From contig CAXTYC010000024.1 in assembly GCA_964248365.1 (NCBI GenBank), forward strand, positions 15,932 to 79,931: a stretch of 64,000 nt of DNA. The letters are read 5' to 3'. The notes below the pieces were generated by a model. It ran no database searches. It saw only the letters and a program-made list of their open reading frames with translations, and was not told the origin of the DNA. This DNA is from an uncultured Chroococcidiopsis sp. (GTDB lineage: Bacteria > Cyanobacteriota > Cyanobacteriia > Cyanobacteriales > Chroococcidiopsidaceae). The translations under genes and the position numbers were made by a program. Shown here piece after piece: positions 40,736 through 51,378 of the stretch. Each line of letters starts with the position of its first letter. Positions within the stretch are counted from its first letter, which is position 1.

Positions 40736-42586
40736 ATGACGCAGTTTTTATTCCTCACAAGTTGGTGGGTGCCATTCTATGGCTTAATCGGTGCGATTTT
40801 GACTTTGCCGTGGACGATGGGAATAGTCAGGCGTACGGGACCACGACCAGCCGCCTACTTAAATTTGGCGATGACGGTTGTGGCTTTTTTCCATAGCTTG
40901 GTTGTCTTAAAAGACATCTGGAACTCTGAGCCACAAAGTTTTCTAATTACCTGGTTAAAAGCTGCGGATTTAGATTTATCGTTTGCTTTGGATGTATCCC
41001 CAATTACTGTGGGAGCAACGGTTTTAATTACTGGATTGAGTTTACTGGCACAAATTTACGCGCTGGGCTACATGGAAAAAGATTGGGCTTTAGCTCGATT
41101 TTTTGCCTTAATGGGATTTTTTGAAGCGGCGCTTTCGGGTTTAGCTCTAAGTGACTCGTTGTTTCTGAGCTATGCTCTATTGGAAATGCTTACCCTTTCC
41201 ACTTACCTGCTAGTGGGCTTTTGGTATGCTCAGCCGTTGGTCGTGACAGCTGCCCGTGATGCTTTTTTAACCAAACGGGTGGGAGATTTGTTGTTGCTGA
41301 TGGCTGTAGTGACACTCTCGACTATGGCTGGAAGTTTGAACTTTTCAGATTTGAACGAGTGGGCGCAAACTGCTGAACTTTCACCTATGACATCCGCTTT
41401 ATTGGGCTTAGCATTAATTGCTGGACCTGCGGGTAAATGCGCTCAATTTCCCCTCCACCTGTGGTTAGATGAAGCGATGGAGGGACCCAACCCAGCTTCG
41501 GTTCTACGGAACTCAATGGTAGTATCTGGGGGTGGATATATACTGTTTAAACTTCAGCCAGTCTTGGCACTGTCGCCCGTCGCTTTGATAGCTTTGGTGA
41601 TATTGGGAACTATGACAGCAGTGGGTGCTTCTTTAGTGTCGATCGCCCAAATTGACATCAAACGAGCCTTATCCCATTCGACCAGTGCTTACATGGGATT
41701 AGTGTTTCTAGCAGTAGGGTTGCAGCAAGGTGGTGTCGCCCTAGTGTTGCTATTTACTCATGCGATCGCTAAGGCACTTCTATTCATGAGTGCAGGCTCA
41801 GTCATTTACACTACCACCAGCCAAGACTTGACAGAAATGGGCGGTTTGTGGTCAAGAATGCCAGCCACTACTACTGCCTTTGTGGTAGGAGCAGCTGGAA
41901 TGGTATTTTTGCTACCACTAGGAAGCTTTTGGGCAATGCTGACATGGGCTGAAGGCTTTTGGGTGATTAGCCCTTGGGTAGTTGGAGTTTTGCTAGTAGT
42001 CAATTGCTTGACTGCCTTAAATCTTACCCGTGTATTCCGGTTAGTTTTTTGGGGGGAGGCGCAGCCGAAAACACGGCGATCGCCAGAAGTTGGCTGGACA
42101 ATGGCACTGCCAATGGTAATTTTAACTGTGATGAATCTTTTAGTTCCCTTGATGCTACAGCAGTCGCAACTGTTGCCTAGCTGGGAAAGTATTGATTTAT
42201 CACTGCTTGTCCTACTGTTTGCCTCCGGTTTACTAGGGTTAACCATTGGTTGCACAATATATTTGCATAAAGCTTGGTCTAGACCAATCCAACTGCAATG
42301 GAGATTTGTGCAGGACTTGTTGGGCTATGACTTTTACGTTGCCGACCTTTACAAAGTGACTGTAGTGTTTGGAGTTAACTTAGTTTCCAAAATTTCAGCT
42401 TGGATTGACCGCTATATCTTAGATGGTTTGGTTAATTTGGTTGGTTTAGCAACAATTTTCAGTGGTCAAACCTTGAAGTACACTATTTCTGGTCAGTCTC
42501 AGGGATATATGCTGACAATCCTACTGGGGGTAAGTTTACTGGGCTTAGCGATCAGCTGGTCGTTGGGATATATCTTTTTTGAATAA
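40736..42586 (+). CDS. ndhF4: NDH-1 subunit F4 (CO2 uptake)
   Basis: RRTGPRPAAY, GKCAQFPLHLWLDEAMEGP; operon with ndhD and cupB. Confidence 0.9.
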   Translation: MTQFLFLTSWWVPFYGLIGAILTLPWTMGIVRRTGPRPAAYLNLAMTVVAFFHSLVVLKDIWNSEPQSFLITWLKAADLDLSFALDVSPITVGATVLITGLSLLAQIYALGYMEKDWALARFFALMGFFEAALSGLALSDSLFLSYALLEMLTLSTYLLVGFWYAQPLVVTAARDAFLTKRVGDLLLLMAVVTLSTMAGSLNFSDLNEWAQTAELSPMTSALLGLALIAGPAGKCAQFPLHLWLDEAMEGPNPASVLRNSMVVSGGGYILFKLQPVLALSPVALIALVILGTMTAVGASLVSIAQIDIKRALSHSTSAYMGLVFLAVGLQQGGVALVLLFTHAIAKALLFMSAGSVIYTTTSQDLTEMGGLWSRMPATTTAFVVGAAGMVFLLPLGSFWAMLTWAEGFWVISPWVVGVLLVVNCLTALNLTRVFRLVFWGEAQPKTRRSPEVGWTMALPMVILTVMNLLVPLMLQQSQLLPSWESIDLSLLVLLFASGLLGLTIGCTIYLHKAWSRPIQLQWRFVQDLLGYDFYVADLYKVTVVFGVNLVSKISAWIDRYILDGLVNLVGLATIFSGQTLKYTISGQSQGYMLTILLGVSLLGLAISWSLGYIFFE

Positions 42587-42816
42587 GTAGGGTAGTGGGT
42601 AAGGGAATCGCGCCCAACACGCGCCGTCATTAAAAAACCAACTATAGCAATCCTATCCCAATTGTGAAATTTGAGCGCGATGGTGGGCATTGCCCACCCT
42701 ACTTTTATCAAAATTGTGAAATTTGATCGCGATGGTGGGCGAAGTGTGGTATTACCACCACACGGAGGGATTGCCCACCCTACTCAAAACCATCTAGCCA
42801 CAAGAAGATTCTATCA

Positions 42817-44325
42817 ATGCTGAGTGCTTTAATTTGGTTGCCCGTCTTAGGTGCTGCTCTGATCGGATTTTTGCCCACAGCTATCTCGCCGATGCGATCG
42901 CGCTATATATCCCTAGTTGTTGCCATTGTCACTTTGATTTTAACTGTTGTGCTGGGAATTGGGTTTAACCCCAGTGATGTCGCCTTGCAGTTTCAAGAAG
43001 AAGTGCCTTGGATTGAAGCTTTAGGCTTAAGTTATCGGCTGGGTGTTGATGGCTTGTCTTTTCCTTTATTGGTTTTAAATAGCCTTTTAACTTGCATTGC
43101 GATCTATAGCACTGATACAAACGTGCAGCGATCGCGTTTTTATTACTCTTTGGTACTGCTATTAAGTGCTGGGGTAGCAGGAGCCTTTTTAGCCCAAGAT
43201 GTGCTGTTGTTTTTCCTGTTTTATGAAATAGAACTGATTCCCCTGTATCTATTAATTGCGATTTGGGGCGGTGCTAGGCGGGGATATGCATCAACAAAGT
43301 TTCTGATCTACACCGCGATTTCGGGAATTTCGATTTTAGCTGCTTTCTTAGGCATGGTGTGGCTATCTGGCGCTGGTTCATTTGCTTACGAACCATTGCG
43401 AAGTGCAGCCATTGGTTTACCACTCACCACACAAATCATCCTGCTATTGGGGATATTAATCGGTTTTGGAATCAAAATTCCCCTTGTTCCCTTTCATACC
43501 TGGCTACCAGATGCCCACGTTGAGGCTTCAACACCAGTTTCCGTACTGCTGGCGGGGGTGTTGTTGAAGTTGGGAACTTATGGTTTACTGCGATTTGGCA
43601 TGGATTTGTTGCCAGAGGCTTGGAATACCTTAGCACCTGGGTTGGCAACTTGGGCAGTGGTAAGTGTGTTATATGGTTCGTCGTGTGCGATCGCGCAAAC
43701 AGACATGAAAAAAATGGTAGCCTATAGCTCAATTGGTCACATGGGCTATGTGCTACTAGCCGCTGCTGCTGCTACTCCTTTAAGTACTTTGGCAACCGTA
43801 CTGCAAATGATCAGTCATGGTTTGATTTCACCACTGATGTTTTTGTTAGTAGGCGTTGTCTATAAAAAGACAGGTAGCCGCGATTTAGGGGTTTTACAAG
43901 GTTTACTCAACCCAGAACGAGGCTTACCCCTAGTTGGTAGCTTGATGATATTGGGAGCAATGGCTAGTGCTGGTACTCCTGGCATGGTGGGTTTTATTTC
44001 CGAATTTTTAGTATTTCGGGGCAGTTTTGCCGTTTTTCCAATTCAAACCCTCATGTGTATGATTGGCACAGTCTTGACTGCTGTGTATTTCTTACTGCTG
44101 GTGAACCGCACCTTTTTTGGCAGACTTTCTCAACAGGCGATCGACTTGCCAAAAGTGTACTGGTCAGATCGCGCTCCTGCCGTAGTTTTAGCTGTCTTAA
44201 TTGTTTTATTGGGCATCCAACCAAGCTGGATGGTGCGTTGGACTGAACTTAAGACAACAGCAATGGCGAGTCATGCAGAAGCGATCGCCACAATTCGCAA
44301 TTCGCAATTTGCCATTCGCAATTAA
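42817..44325 (+). CDS. ndhD4: NDH-1 subunit D4
   Basis: FHTWLPDAHVEASTP, KKMVAYSS, LLNPERGLP. Confidence 0.9.
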   Translation: MLSALIWLPVLGAALIGFLPTAISPMRSRYISLVVAIVTLILTVVLGIGFNPSDVALQFQEEVPWIEALGLSYRLGVDGLSFPLLVLNSLLTCIAIYSTDTNVQRSRFYYSLVLLLSAGVAGAFLAQDVLLFFLFYEIELIPLYLLIAIWGGARRGYASTKFLIYTAISGISILAAFLGMVWLSGAGSFAYEPLRSAAIGLPLTTQIILLLGILIGFGIKIPLVPFHTWLPDAHVEASTPVSVLLAGVLLKLGTYGLLRFGMDLLPEAWNTLAPGLATWAVVSVLYGSSCAIAQTDMKKMVAYSSIGHMGYVLLAAAAATPLSTLATVLQMISHGLISPLMFLLVGVVYKKTGSRDLGVLQGLLNPERGLPLVGSLMILGAMASAGTPGMVGFISEFLVFRGSFAVFPIQTLMCMIGTVLTAVYFLLLVNRTFFGRLSQQAIDLPKVYWSDRAPAVVLAVLIVLLGIQPSWMVRWTELKTTAMASHAEAIATIRNSQFAIRN

Positions 44326-44407
44326 TCTCAAGTGCGTTAATTATGTACGGGCGAATCATATTCGCCCCTCATTTCTACAAAACACCATCTAAAGATAACT
44401 AGCACAA

Positions 44408-45538
44408 ATGGTCAGCATCTCTAAATCGCCTTCTAGCCATCCCTTAGCAGAATATATTCAAAGATTGCAAACAGGCGGAGCCTTACTCGCTGATTCTCCT
44501 GAAAATGTCATGGAAGTAGTCGGCATTCTCAAAAGCTATGGTGTTGTTTTGGATGCCTACTCTCGCAATTTAATCTACATTTCTGAAAATCAATTTCTAG
44601 TATTTTTTCCCTTTTTTAAGTATTTTAATGGGGAAATTTCCCTAATAAAATTACTGCGTCATTGGTGGCATAACCGAATTAATTTTGAATATGCCGAATA
44701 CTGCATGAAAGCTATGTTTTGGCATGGTGGCGGCGGTTTAGATAAGTATTTGGATAGCGAGGAATTTCTTGAGCGATCGCGTCGTGCTATCGAGGCGAAA
44801 TTTAAAAACAATCCTGTAATGCTGGGCATGAACCAGCTATTTCCTGACTTTCTACCAGAACTAGTGCGCCAGCAATCTTATTACAGTGCACTAGGTCAAT
44901 TTTGGCGAGTGATGAGTGATATGTTTATTGCTTTAAGCGATCGCTATGACCGAGGAGAAATCAAATCAATTCCCCAGGTAGTAGAACACATTAAAAACGC
45001 TTTAGTTGCAGCAGCGAATTTACCTATCACCTACGCTGTCAAAATCAAAGGTAAAGTGTATGAAATTATTCCCGCCAGTGTGGGTTTAACTTTCCTAATG
45101 GATACAGCAGTACCTTATGTAGAGGCGGTTTTCTTCCGAGGAACGCCGTTTGCTGGTACAGTTTCATACAACGCCCAAGCACACCAAGTTCCCCCCGATC
45201 AAGCTAGATTTGCTTACGGGGCGCTTTATGCCGATCCTTTACCAATTGGTGGTGCTGGTATTCCACCCACCTTGGCAATGCAAGATATGCGCCACTACTT
45301 GCCAGATTATATGAGTCAGGTTTATCGTCGCAGCAAGCGAGGAACAGATGATTTACGGGTACAGATTTGCATCAGTTTCCAAAAGTCGATGTTTTGTGTA
45401 ACTACAGCAGCAATTTTGGGATTAATGCCTTATCCCCTAGATACGAACGATCCATCACAGCAAAAAGCTAATCAAAAATATTTAGAAGGATGGATGGATC
45501 GGCTTGTAACTTCGCGTTTAGTTGAGGTGAATACATAA
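44408..45538 (+). CDS. cupB: CO2 hydration protein CupB/ChpX
   Basis: LKSYGVVLDAYS, RINFEYAEYC, YADPLPIGGAGIPPT; 376 aa fits CupB rather than the longer CupA. Confidence 0.92.
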   Translation: MVSISKSPSSHPLAEYIQRLQTGGALLADSPENVMEVVGILKSYGVVLDAYSRNLIYISENQFLVFFPFFKYFNGEISLIKLLRHWWHNRINFEYAEYCMKAMFWHGGGGLDKYLDSEEFLERSRRAIEAKFKNNPVMLGMNQLFPDFLPELVRQQSYYSALGQFWRVMSDMFIALSDRYDRGEIKSIPQVVEHIKNALVAAANLPITYAVKIKGKVYEIIPASVGLTFLMDTAVPYVEAVFFRGTPFAGTVSYNAQAHQVPPDQARFAYGALYADPLPIGGAGIPPTLAMQDMRHYLPDYMSQVYRRSKRGTDDLRVQICISFQKSMFCVTTAAILGLMPYPLDTNDPSQQKANQKYLEGWMDRLVTSRLVEVNT

Positions 45539-45547
45539 CGGACTTAT

Positions 45548-46266
45548 CAGCCAGGGGTTAAAACCCCTGGCTGATAGCAAAAGTCATCTTTAGATGACTC
45601 AAAAGCGGATTGAGTCCACTAGTGCGATCGCCCTTGGGGAAATTGCTATTAAAACCAACAAATTTATAGTAGGGTGGGTTCACAGATATATCTGTGGCAG
45701 AACAGATAATTTTAGATAACCCGCTCCTACATCTGCGGGCATAATTTATTTTATGCAATCTAAATTGAAAAACGTGTGATTCACATATTGCACCAGTTTC
45801 AATAACTGCCTCTTACTTATACCGTTTCTCGATAAACTTGCACTTTTTACGATCCCCCTAGCCCCCTTTATAAGGGGGTTGGGGGAGCTTATTTGTCGCA
45901 TCATCTAGGAAAATTGGTATTAAGTTTTGGGCTAATAGCTCAAGTCCATTGAAATGGACTGCAACCCAATGTAGTCTTCTTAAGAAGACTTTGGCTATTA
46001 GCCTGCTAATTAATTAGCAGGCGGACTATGAAAATTGTGCAAGATCTAAGTGTGATCAACCCTGATTGACTGACAAATCTTTTGAGATCCCTTCACACAC
46101 GCCTGTCACTCAAGTGACAGGCTCATAGCGCGCATTCGGTTCAAACCGACTACAACCCTTGATGGTAGTCCGTTTCAACCCACTTGTGCTACGAGCCTTG
46201 GATTTGAATCCAAGCCAGGATGGCAATATGAGGATTGGGCTTTAAGAGTTTTGTCAGTCAACCAGG
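45548..46266. repeat. Stack of palindromic REP-like and MITE-like elements between convergent cupB and CA
   Basis: Multi-hairpin units at ~45550, ~45930 and ~46100; GTAG..CTAC unit 45669-45731; ATACC..GGTAT unit 45819-45920; 23-bp TIR element 46061-46266. Confidence 0.8.
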
Positions 46267-46339
46267 TGATGAACCAGCTAATCATGAAAGCGCACCCTTA
46301 TTAAGGATTAACTGCTTCTATCAAGCTAAGCAACCTTGA

Positions 46340-47077
46340 CTAAGCTTGTTCGATAACGCTTACCTCTCCAGTATCGAGGTCATAGTAACCCCCGACGATT
46401 TTTAACTTACCCTTTAGTATGTGTTGAGCCAAAAGCTCTGTTTGCATCAAATCTGCCACTTGATACTGAACATTGGCAATGACTGCACTCTCAATTAAAT
46501 CGCCTGATTTACCTTTTACCTTGCCTAGTGCAGGTTTGATCGCTTTAACTAAAGAACTAATATGATCTGGGAGTTGCTTAGCTTCTACAGCAGCTGTAAC
46601 TGCGCCACACCGCTCGTGACCCAATACCATAATTAGGGGAGTTCCTAATACTGCTACAGCATACTCCAAACTACCAAGTACTTCAGGGGTAACAACATTT
46701 CCAGCTACGCGGATATTAAACAAGTCCCCAATTCCTTCATCAAACAGAATCTCAGGTGGGACTCGTGAATCTGAACAACACAGTAGAGTTGCAAACGGAT
46801 GCTGAGCTTGGGCAACTTCTTGCAGACGCGCCCGTGATTGGTCGGGATGCTGAGCCTGTTGCTGTGCAAAACGTCGATTTCCATCTAACAGCCTATGAAG
46901 AGCTGCATCAGGGTTGGGAGGTTCAGGGGTTTGTTTAGGTCGTGATTCTACGCCCGTCTGGGCTGGCTGGGCGTAGCAAGATCCACCGCCTGTAACTGTA
47001 CCAGCTAGACAAACACCTCCGACACCAAATAATTTCAGGAGAGTGCGACGACCAATCAATTTTTTGATTCGGTTCAT
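46340..47077 (-). CDS. Beta-class carbonic anhydrase with twin-arginine signal peptide
   Basis: CSDSR and GHERCGA Zn ligands, RVAGN, GSLEYA; N-terminal GRRTLLK plus hydrophobic stretch. Confidence 0.93.
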   Translation of the reverse strand: MNRIKKLIGRRTLLKLFGVGGVCLAGTVTGGGSCYAQPAQTGVESRPKQTPEPPNPDAALHRLLDGNRRFAQQQAQHPDQSRARLQEVAQAQHPFATLLCCSDSRVPPEILFDEGIGDLFNIRVAGNVVTPEVLGSLEYAVAVLGTPLIMVLGHERCGAVTAAVEAKQLPDHISSLVKAIKPALGKVKGKSGDLIESAVIANVQYQVADLMQTELLAQHILKGKLKIVGGYYDLDTGEVSVIEQA

Positions 47078-47113
47078 AACTTGCTAAATTTCAAAGCTGC
47101 GATCGCAGCACTA

Positions 47114-47422
47114 TCACATTGACGCAACACATCTAACCGAGCGGATCTCCATCACATCAGAAACATAGCACGTACCCCCAAATTTATTGAGGATAGGTCT
47201 AATGTTTTCTACGACTGGTTTGATTTTATCTGGATGACAAAAAGCAAGCACATAGACATTATCAAGCATGGTCATGTCAAAATCTTCTGTTCCCCTCAGT
47301 CCTTTGCCTGCAACATCCCGAATCACAGCGTGTCCATGAACGCCTCCCCGCTCTAAACCATCTAGAATTTTGCCAAGTTCAACTGAATTGGCGATAATTT
47401 CTATCTTCTTAACTAGATGCAT
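47114..47422 (-). CDS. sbtB: PII-like regulator of SbtA
   Basis: KKIEII..GHAVIRDVAGKG..GGTCYVSD; directly after sbtA. Confidence 0.88.
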   Translation of the reverse strand: MHLVKKIEIIANSVELGKILDGLERGGVHGHAVIRDVAGKGLRGTEDFDMTMLDNVYVLAFCHPDKIKPVVENIRPILNKFGGTCYVSDVMEIRSVRCVASM

Positions 47423-47426
47423 AATG

Positions 47427-48404
47427 TTATCTCCACAGCATATTAATCCCGTATAAATATAGAGGAATCCCCACAATAATATTAAAGGGAAAAGTTACTG
47501 CCAGGGCAGTAGAAACATACAGACTGGGGTTTGCTTCTGGAACAGTCATCCTCATAGCAGCGGGAACAGCAATGTAAGAGGCACTTGCACACAAAACGGC
47601 AAATAACAGCGCATCTCCCTGCGGCATCCCAATAAATTTGGCAATCAGTAGCCCAATTCCTGCATTTACTATTGGAACTAGTAGGGCAAATGAAATTAGG
47701 AAAAATCCAGTTTTTTGCAAGTCTTTAATTCTTCTAGCAGCAACCAATCCCATATCTAGTAAGAAAAAGGTGAGGATGCCGTAAAACATTCCTTGGGTAA
47801 AGGGTTCTAGAACCTGCCAGCCGTGTTCTCCTGTCAGTACTCCGATTAGCAGGCTACCAACTAAGAGAAAGACAGAGCTATTTAGAAAAGCCTCTTGCAG
47901 AACTTCAGACCAGGAAAAGTCTCGCTTCCCCTGATCGGAGGTGAATACATTAACTAAGATCAGACCAACTATAATGGCTGGAGACTCCATCAAGGCAAGA
48001 GCTGCTACCATGTAGCCATCAAAATTAATCCCAAGCTCGGTCAAAAATGCTCCAGCTGTGATAAAGGTGACAGCACTGATTGAGCCATAAGTTGCCGCGA
48101 TCGCTGCTGCATCATAGATGTCAAGCTTTAGTTTGAGAATAAAAAAGGTGTAGATTGGGACAATACAAGCCATCAAGATCGCTGCTAAGAGCGTTAGTAG
48201 CACTTCCTGATTGATGCCACTTTTGATCAGTTCAACGCCTCCCTTAAACCCAATTGCAAATAGCAGGTAGAGCGAAAGGAGTTTGGGAACTGGTGCAGGA
48301 ATTTCCAGATCCGACTTGACAAAGACAGCTACCATTCCTAGAAAGAAAAATAGAACTGGCGGATTGAGGATGTTAGACAAAATTAGGCTTACATCCATTT
48401 CCAC
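47427..48404 (-). CDS. sbtA: Sodium-dependent bicarbonate transporter family permease
   Basis: IGFKGG, YGSISAVTF, MESPAI, SASYIAVPA, TFPFN. Confidence 0.92.
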   Translation of the reverse strand: MEMDVSLILSNILNPPVLFFFLGMVAVFVKSDLEIPAPVPKLLSLYLLFAIGFKGGVELIKSGINQEVLLTLLAAILMACIVPIYTFFILKLKLDIYDAAAIAATYGSISAVTFITAGAFLTELGINFDGYMVAALALMESPAIIVGLILVNVFTSDQGKRDFSWSEVLQEAFLNSSVFLLVGSLLIGVLTGEHGWQVLEPFTQGMFYGILTFFLLDMGLVAARRIKDLQKTGFFLISFALLVPIVNAGIGLLIAKFIGMPQGDALLFAVLCASASYIAVPAAMRMTVPEANPSLYVSTALAVTFPFNIIVGIPLYLYGINMLWR

Positions 48405-48611
48405 CCCTCCTCGTTGTATCGGAAACCAAAAGTAGTTTTAATCATGCTAGGACTTAGAGAGCTTAATCTAAGCTATAAACATTGGTGTAAAACCACTTTA
48501 GGGTATTAGGGCTACTCAAGATTATGTTTGTTTCCTTCAACTAAGTGTTGCGTATTCCAAGAACCCTTCTACCAAAGCATTTAACATAGATAGAAATTTG
48601 TTTTACTTCTT

Positions 48612-48626
48612 ATAATAAAAACTTAT
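48612..48626. promoter_or_regulatory. LysR-type box upstream of sbtA
   Basis: ATAA-TAAAAAC-TTAT, same form as 40217-40231. Confidence 0.4.
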
Positions 48627-48707
48627 TATCAACGAAGACCAAAAGGGAAAGGGGAAAGGGAAAAGAAATTCATAATTTCTCCCCCTCTCCCCCTCTCCCC
48701 TGCTGCC

Positions 48708-49637
48708 TCAATGGGTATTCGGATGCACGAGAGTAGCCAGTGGGGGAATTCCAGCCAAATCGAGGATTGGAGCAATCAAATCTTCGCGCTTGACTGCCAT
48801 CATATGCACACCCTGACACAGTTGACTTGCAATCTGCACTTGCTCAGCTGCAATTTTCATTCCCTCTTCTAGAGGGTCTTTTGCTCCCGCCAGTCGGTCA
48901 ATAGTATGCTGAGGAATATTTACCCCAGGAACACAGCGATTGATAAAGGAAGCATTTTTAGCTGATTTGAGCAGAAAAATTCCTGCCAAAATCGGTTTGT
49001 TGCAGCCGCAAGCAATTTGATCCATAAACTTTTCTAAGCGCTCAAAATCAGTAATTAGCTGACTTTGGAAAAACTGCGCTCCCGCCTGTAATTTACGCTC
49101 AAATCGGCTTTGCAAACCTGACCAGCTAGCTAATTGCGGATCGATCGCCGCACCAACAAATAAGTCTGTTGCACCATCTGTCAGCGGTTGATCGTTACAA
49201 TCAACACCTTGATTCATTTTGTCGATCAGTTTGAGCAGCCGCACTGATTCCATGTCAAACACACTCTTTGCATCGACATGATCGCCAGCTTTGACCGGAT
49301 CGCCAGTCAAGGCTAAAATATTACGGATACCCAGAGCATGAGCGCCCATCAAATCAGCTTGCAGACCAATTCGATTGCGATCGCGGCAGGCAACTTGACA
49401 AATCGGTTCTATTCCTTCCTGTAGCAAAATTGCCGAAGCTACTACCGAACACATACGTAGAACAGCCCGACTGCCATCGGTAATATTAACACCATGCACC
49501 CTCCCCTTGAGCGTTTGCGCCATTTCGATCATGTGTGACGCATCGCCCCCCTTGGGAGGCGCTACCTCAGCAGTAATTAAAAATTCTCCCGCTTTGACAG
49601 CATCACGGAATGAGGTTAAGGGTTTTGAATTATACAT
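48708..49637 (-). CDS. metF: Methylenetetrahydrofolate reductase
   Basis: EVAPPKG, NITDGSRA, CRDRN, LALTGD, GAQFFQSQ, GVHMM. Confidence 0.92.
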   Translation of the reverse strand: MYNSKPLTSFRDAVKAGEFLITAEVAPPKGGDASHMIEMAQTLKGRVHGVNITDGSRAVLRMCSVVASAILLQEGIEPICQVACRDRNRIGLQADLMGAHALGIRNILALTGDPVKAGDHVDAKSVFDMESVRLLKLIDKMNQGVDCNDQPLTDGATDLFVGAAIDPQLASWSGLQSRFERKLQAGAQFFQSQLITDFERLEKFMDQIACGCNKPILAGIFLLKSAKNASFINRCVPGVNIPQHTIDRLAGAKDPLEEGMKIAAEQVQIASQLCQGVHMMAVKREDLIAPILDLAGIPPLATLVHPNTH

Positions 49638-49697
49638 TATATTTAAATTTATGTCTACATATAGATATAAATATCGACAGGAATCATTTCATTTTAC

Positions 49698-50702
49698 TTA
49701 AAGAGGTACTGAATAACCCAAAGCTGCTTTTACCTTGCCCAGTGTATCATTAGCGATCGCTTCTGCTTTTTCCCTGCCTTTTTGCAACACAGACTCCAGA
49801 TAACCTTTGTCTGCCATAACTGCTTGATACTTATCTTGGATCGGTTTGAGAGCATCGATCGCAGTTTGCGTCAGTAATGGTTTAAATTGTCCCCAGCCCA
49901 TATCCTGACACTCACTGGCCACGTCAGGTTTAGTCTTACCAGACAGCAGCATATAGAGGGTTAATAAATTATTGCATTCTGGGCGCTCTGGATCGTCAAA
50001 AGTTAAACCCTTGATTGGATCAGTTTTGCAGCGTTTAATCTTTTGTTGAATTTGCTCTGGCGTATCTAGCAAATTGATCCGACTCATATCAGAAGGATCG
50101 GACTTAGACATCTTGCGCGTACCATCAGTCAGACTCATCACCCGCGCCCCTTCCTTGCGAATGAGTGGCGAGGGTAATTTTAAGACTGGGTTTTCTCGTG
50201 CAAACAAATAGTTAAATCGTGCTGCAATATCGCGGGTAATTTCCAGGTGTTGCTTTTGATCTTCGCCCACAGGCACTTTATCTGGCTGATAGAGCAAGAT
50301 ATCTGATGCCATTAGCACTGGATAGTCAAGCAAGCCAACACTAACATTTTCTCCTTGCTTGACTGCTTTTTCCTTGAACTGAATCATATCTTCGAGCCAG
50401 TTGAGCGGGGTGATACAGTTAAGCAACCATGTTAGTTCACTATGGGCAGAAACATGAGACTGGACAAAGATAGTAGAATATTTTAAATCAAGACCGCAAG
50501 CTAGATAAAGAGCAGCGAGAGTGTAGGTATCAGCTGCCAGTGTTGCGCGGTTGTGTGGTACTGTAATTGCGTGTAAATCTGCCACAAACAGAAAATTTTC
50601 GTACTGACTCTGCCCTTCCACCCAGTTACGAATTGCACCTAAATAGTTGCCAAGATGTAGATTGCCAGATGGTTGAACTCCAGAGAGAACGCGCGAAGCC
50701 AT
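49698..50702 (-). CDS. trpS: Tryptophan--tRNA ligase
   Basis: SGVQPSG, HLGN, VPVGEDQKQH, KMSKS. Confidence 0.98.
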   Translation of the reverse strand: MASRVLSGVQPSGNLHLGNYLGAIRNWVEGQSQYENFLFVADLHAITVPHNRATLAADTYTLAALYLACGLDLKYSTIFVQSHVSAHSELTWLLNCITPLNWLEDMIQFKEKAVKQGENVSVGLLDYPVLMASDILLYQPDKVPVGEDQKQHLEITRDIAARFNYLFARENPVLKLPSPLIRKEGARVMSLTDGTRKMSKSDPSDMSRINLLDTPEQIQQKIKRCKTDPIKGLTFDDPERPECNNLLTLYMLLSGKTKPDVASECQDMGWGQFKPLLTQTAIDALKPIQDKYQAVMADKGYLESVLQKGREKAEAIANDTLGKVKAALGYSVPL

Positions 50703-51051
50703 AAATTTAAACTTAACTGTATGGAAGAGGAGCGATTGATAGCTCTTTAAAAGCTCATCTACTTAGTTTGACATTTTCAAGTATCGAAGAGATACCCAGT
50801 TTTGCCAGACGTAGGGAAGTTTGACTCTTTGATTTTTAGGTATTCATATACCTGTGTTAAATAGCGCCCCTACAAAAGAGGGCTAGCTTTACAAGATTTG
50901 ATATAAATTAATCTATTTTTACAAATAATAGCAGAAAACCGCTCGTTAAATCAATGATTTCCTACCCCTAAAGTTTCCATAAAGAAGGGCGATCGCTTGG
51001 GAAAATAAGTATTAAAGACGTTTCGTGAATTGCCTATTGGGAGCTGTAAAT

Positions 51052-51378
51052 ATGACTATAAATAAAAAAAACCATAGAAGAGTGCCGCTTGGTAGCCCCA
51101 TTTTCCCCTCGCGCCCCCCTCTTCCCCCAGAAGAGATAGCCAGACTTGAAGCTGACGATGAGGCATTTGCCCAACGGTGTAGAGAGATTTTTTGGCGAGT
51201 ATACCCGAAATTAATTAAAGAGCATTACAACTGGGCAATTATGATTGAACCAGAAAGTGGAGATTATTGCATTGACCCCGACCCAGAAATCGCCTTCCAA
51301 AAAATCTGTCATAAGTACCCTAATGCCAGAATTATGGAAAAACGCCTAAATGAAACAGGCTGTGTTGGCAGAATATGA
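51052..51378 (+). CDS. Hypothetical protein coupled to the downstream protease gene
   Basis: ATG after GGAG; ATGA overlap with next gene. Confidence 0.7.
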   Translation: MTINKKNHRRVPLGSPIFPSRPPLPPEEIARLEADDEAFAQRCREIFWRVYPKLIKEHYNWAIMIEPESGDYCIDPDPEIAFQKICHKYPNARIMEKRLNETGCVGRI

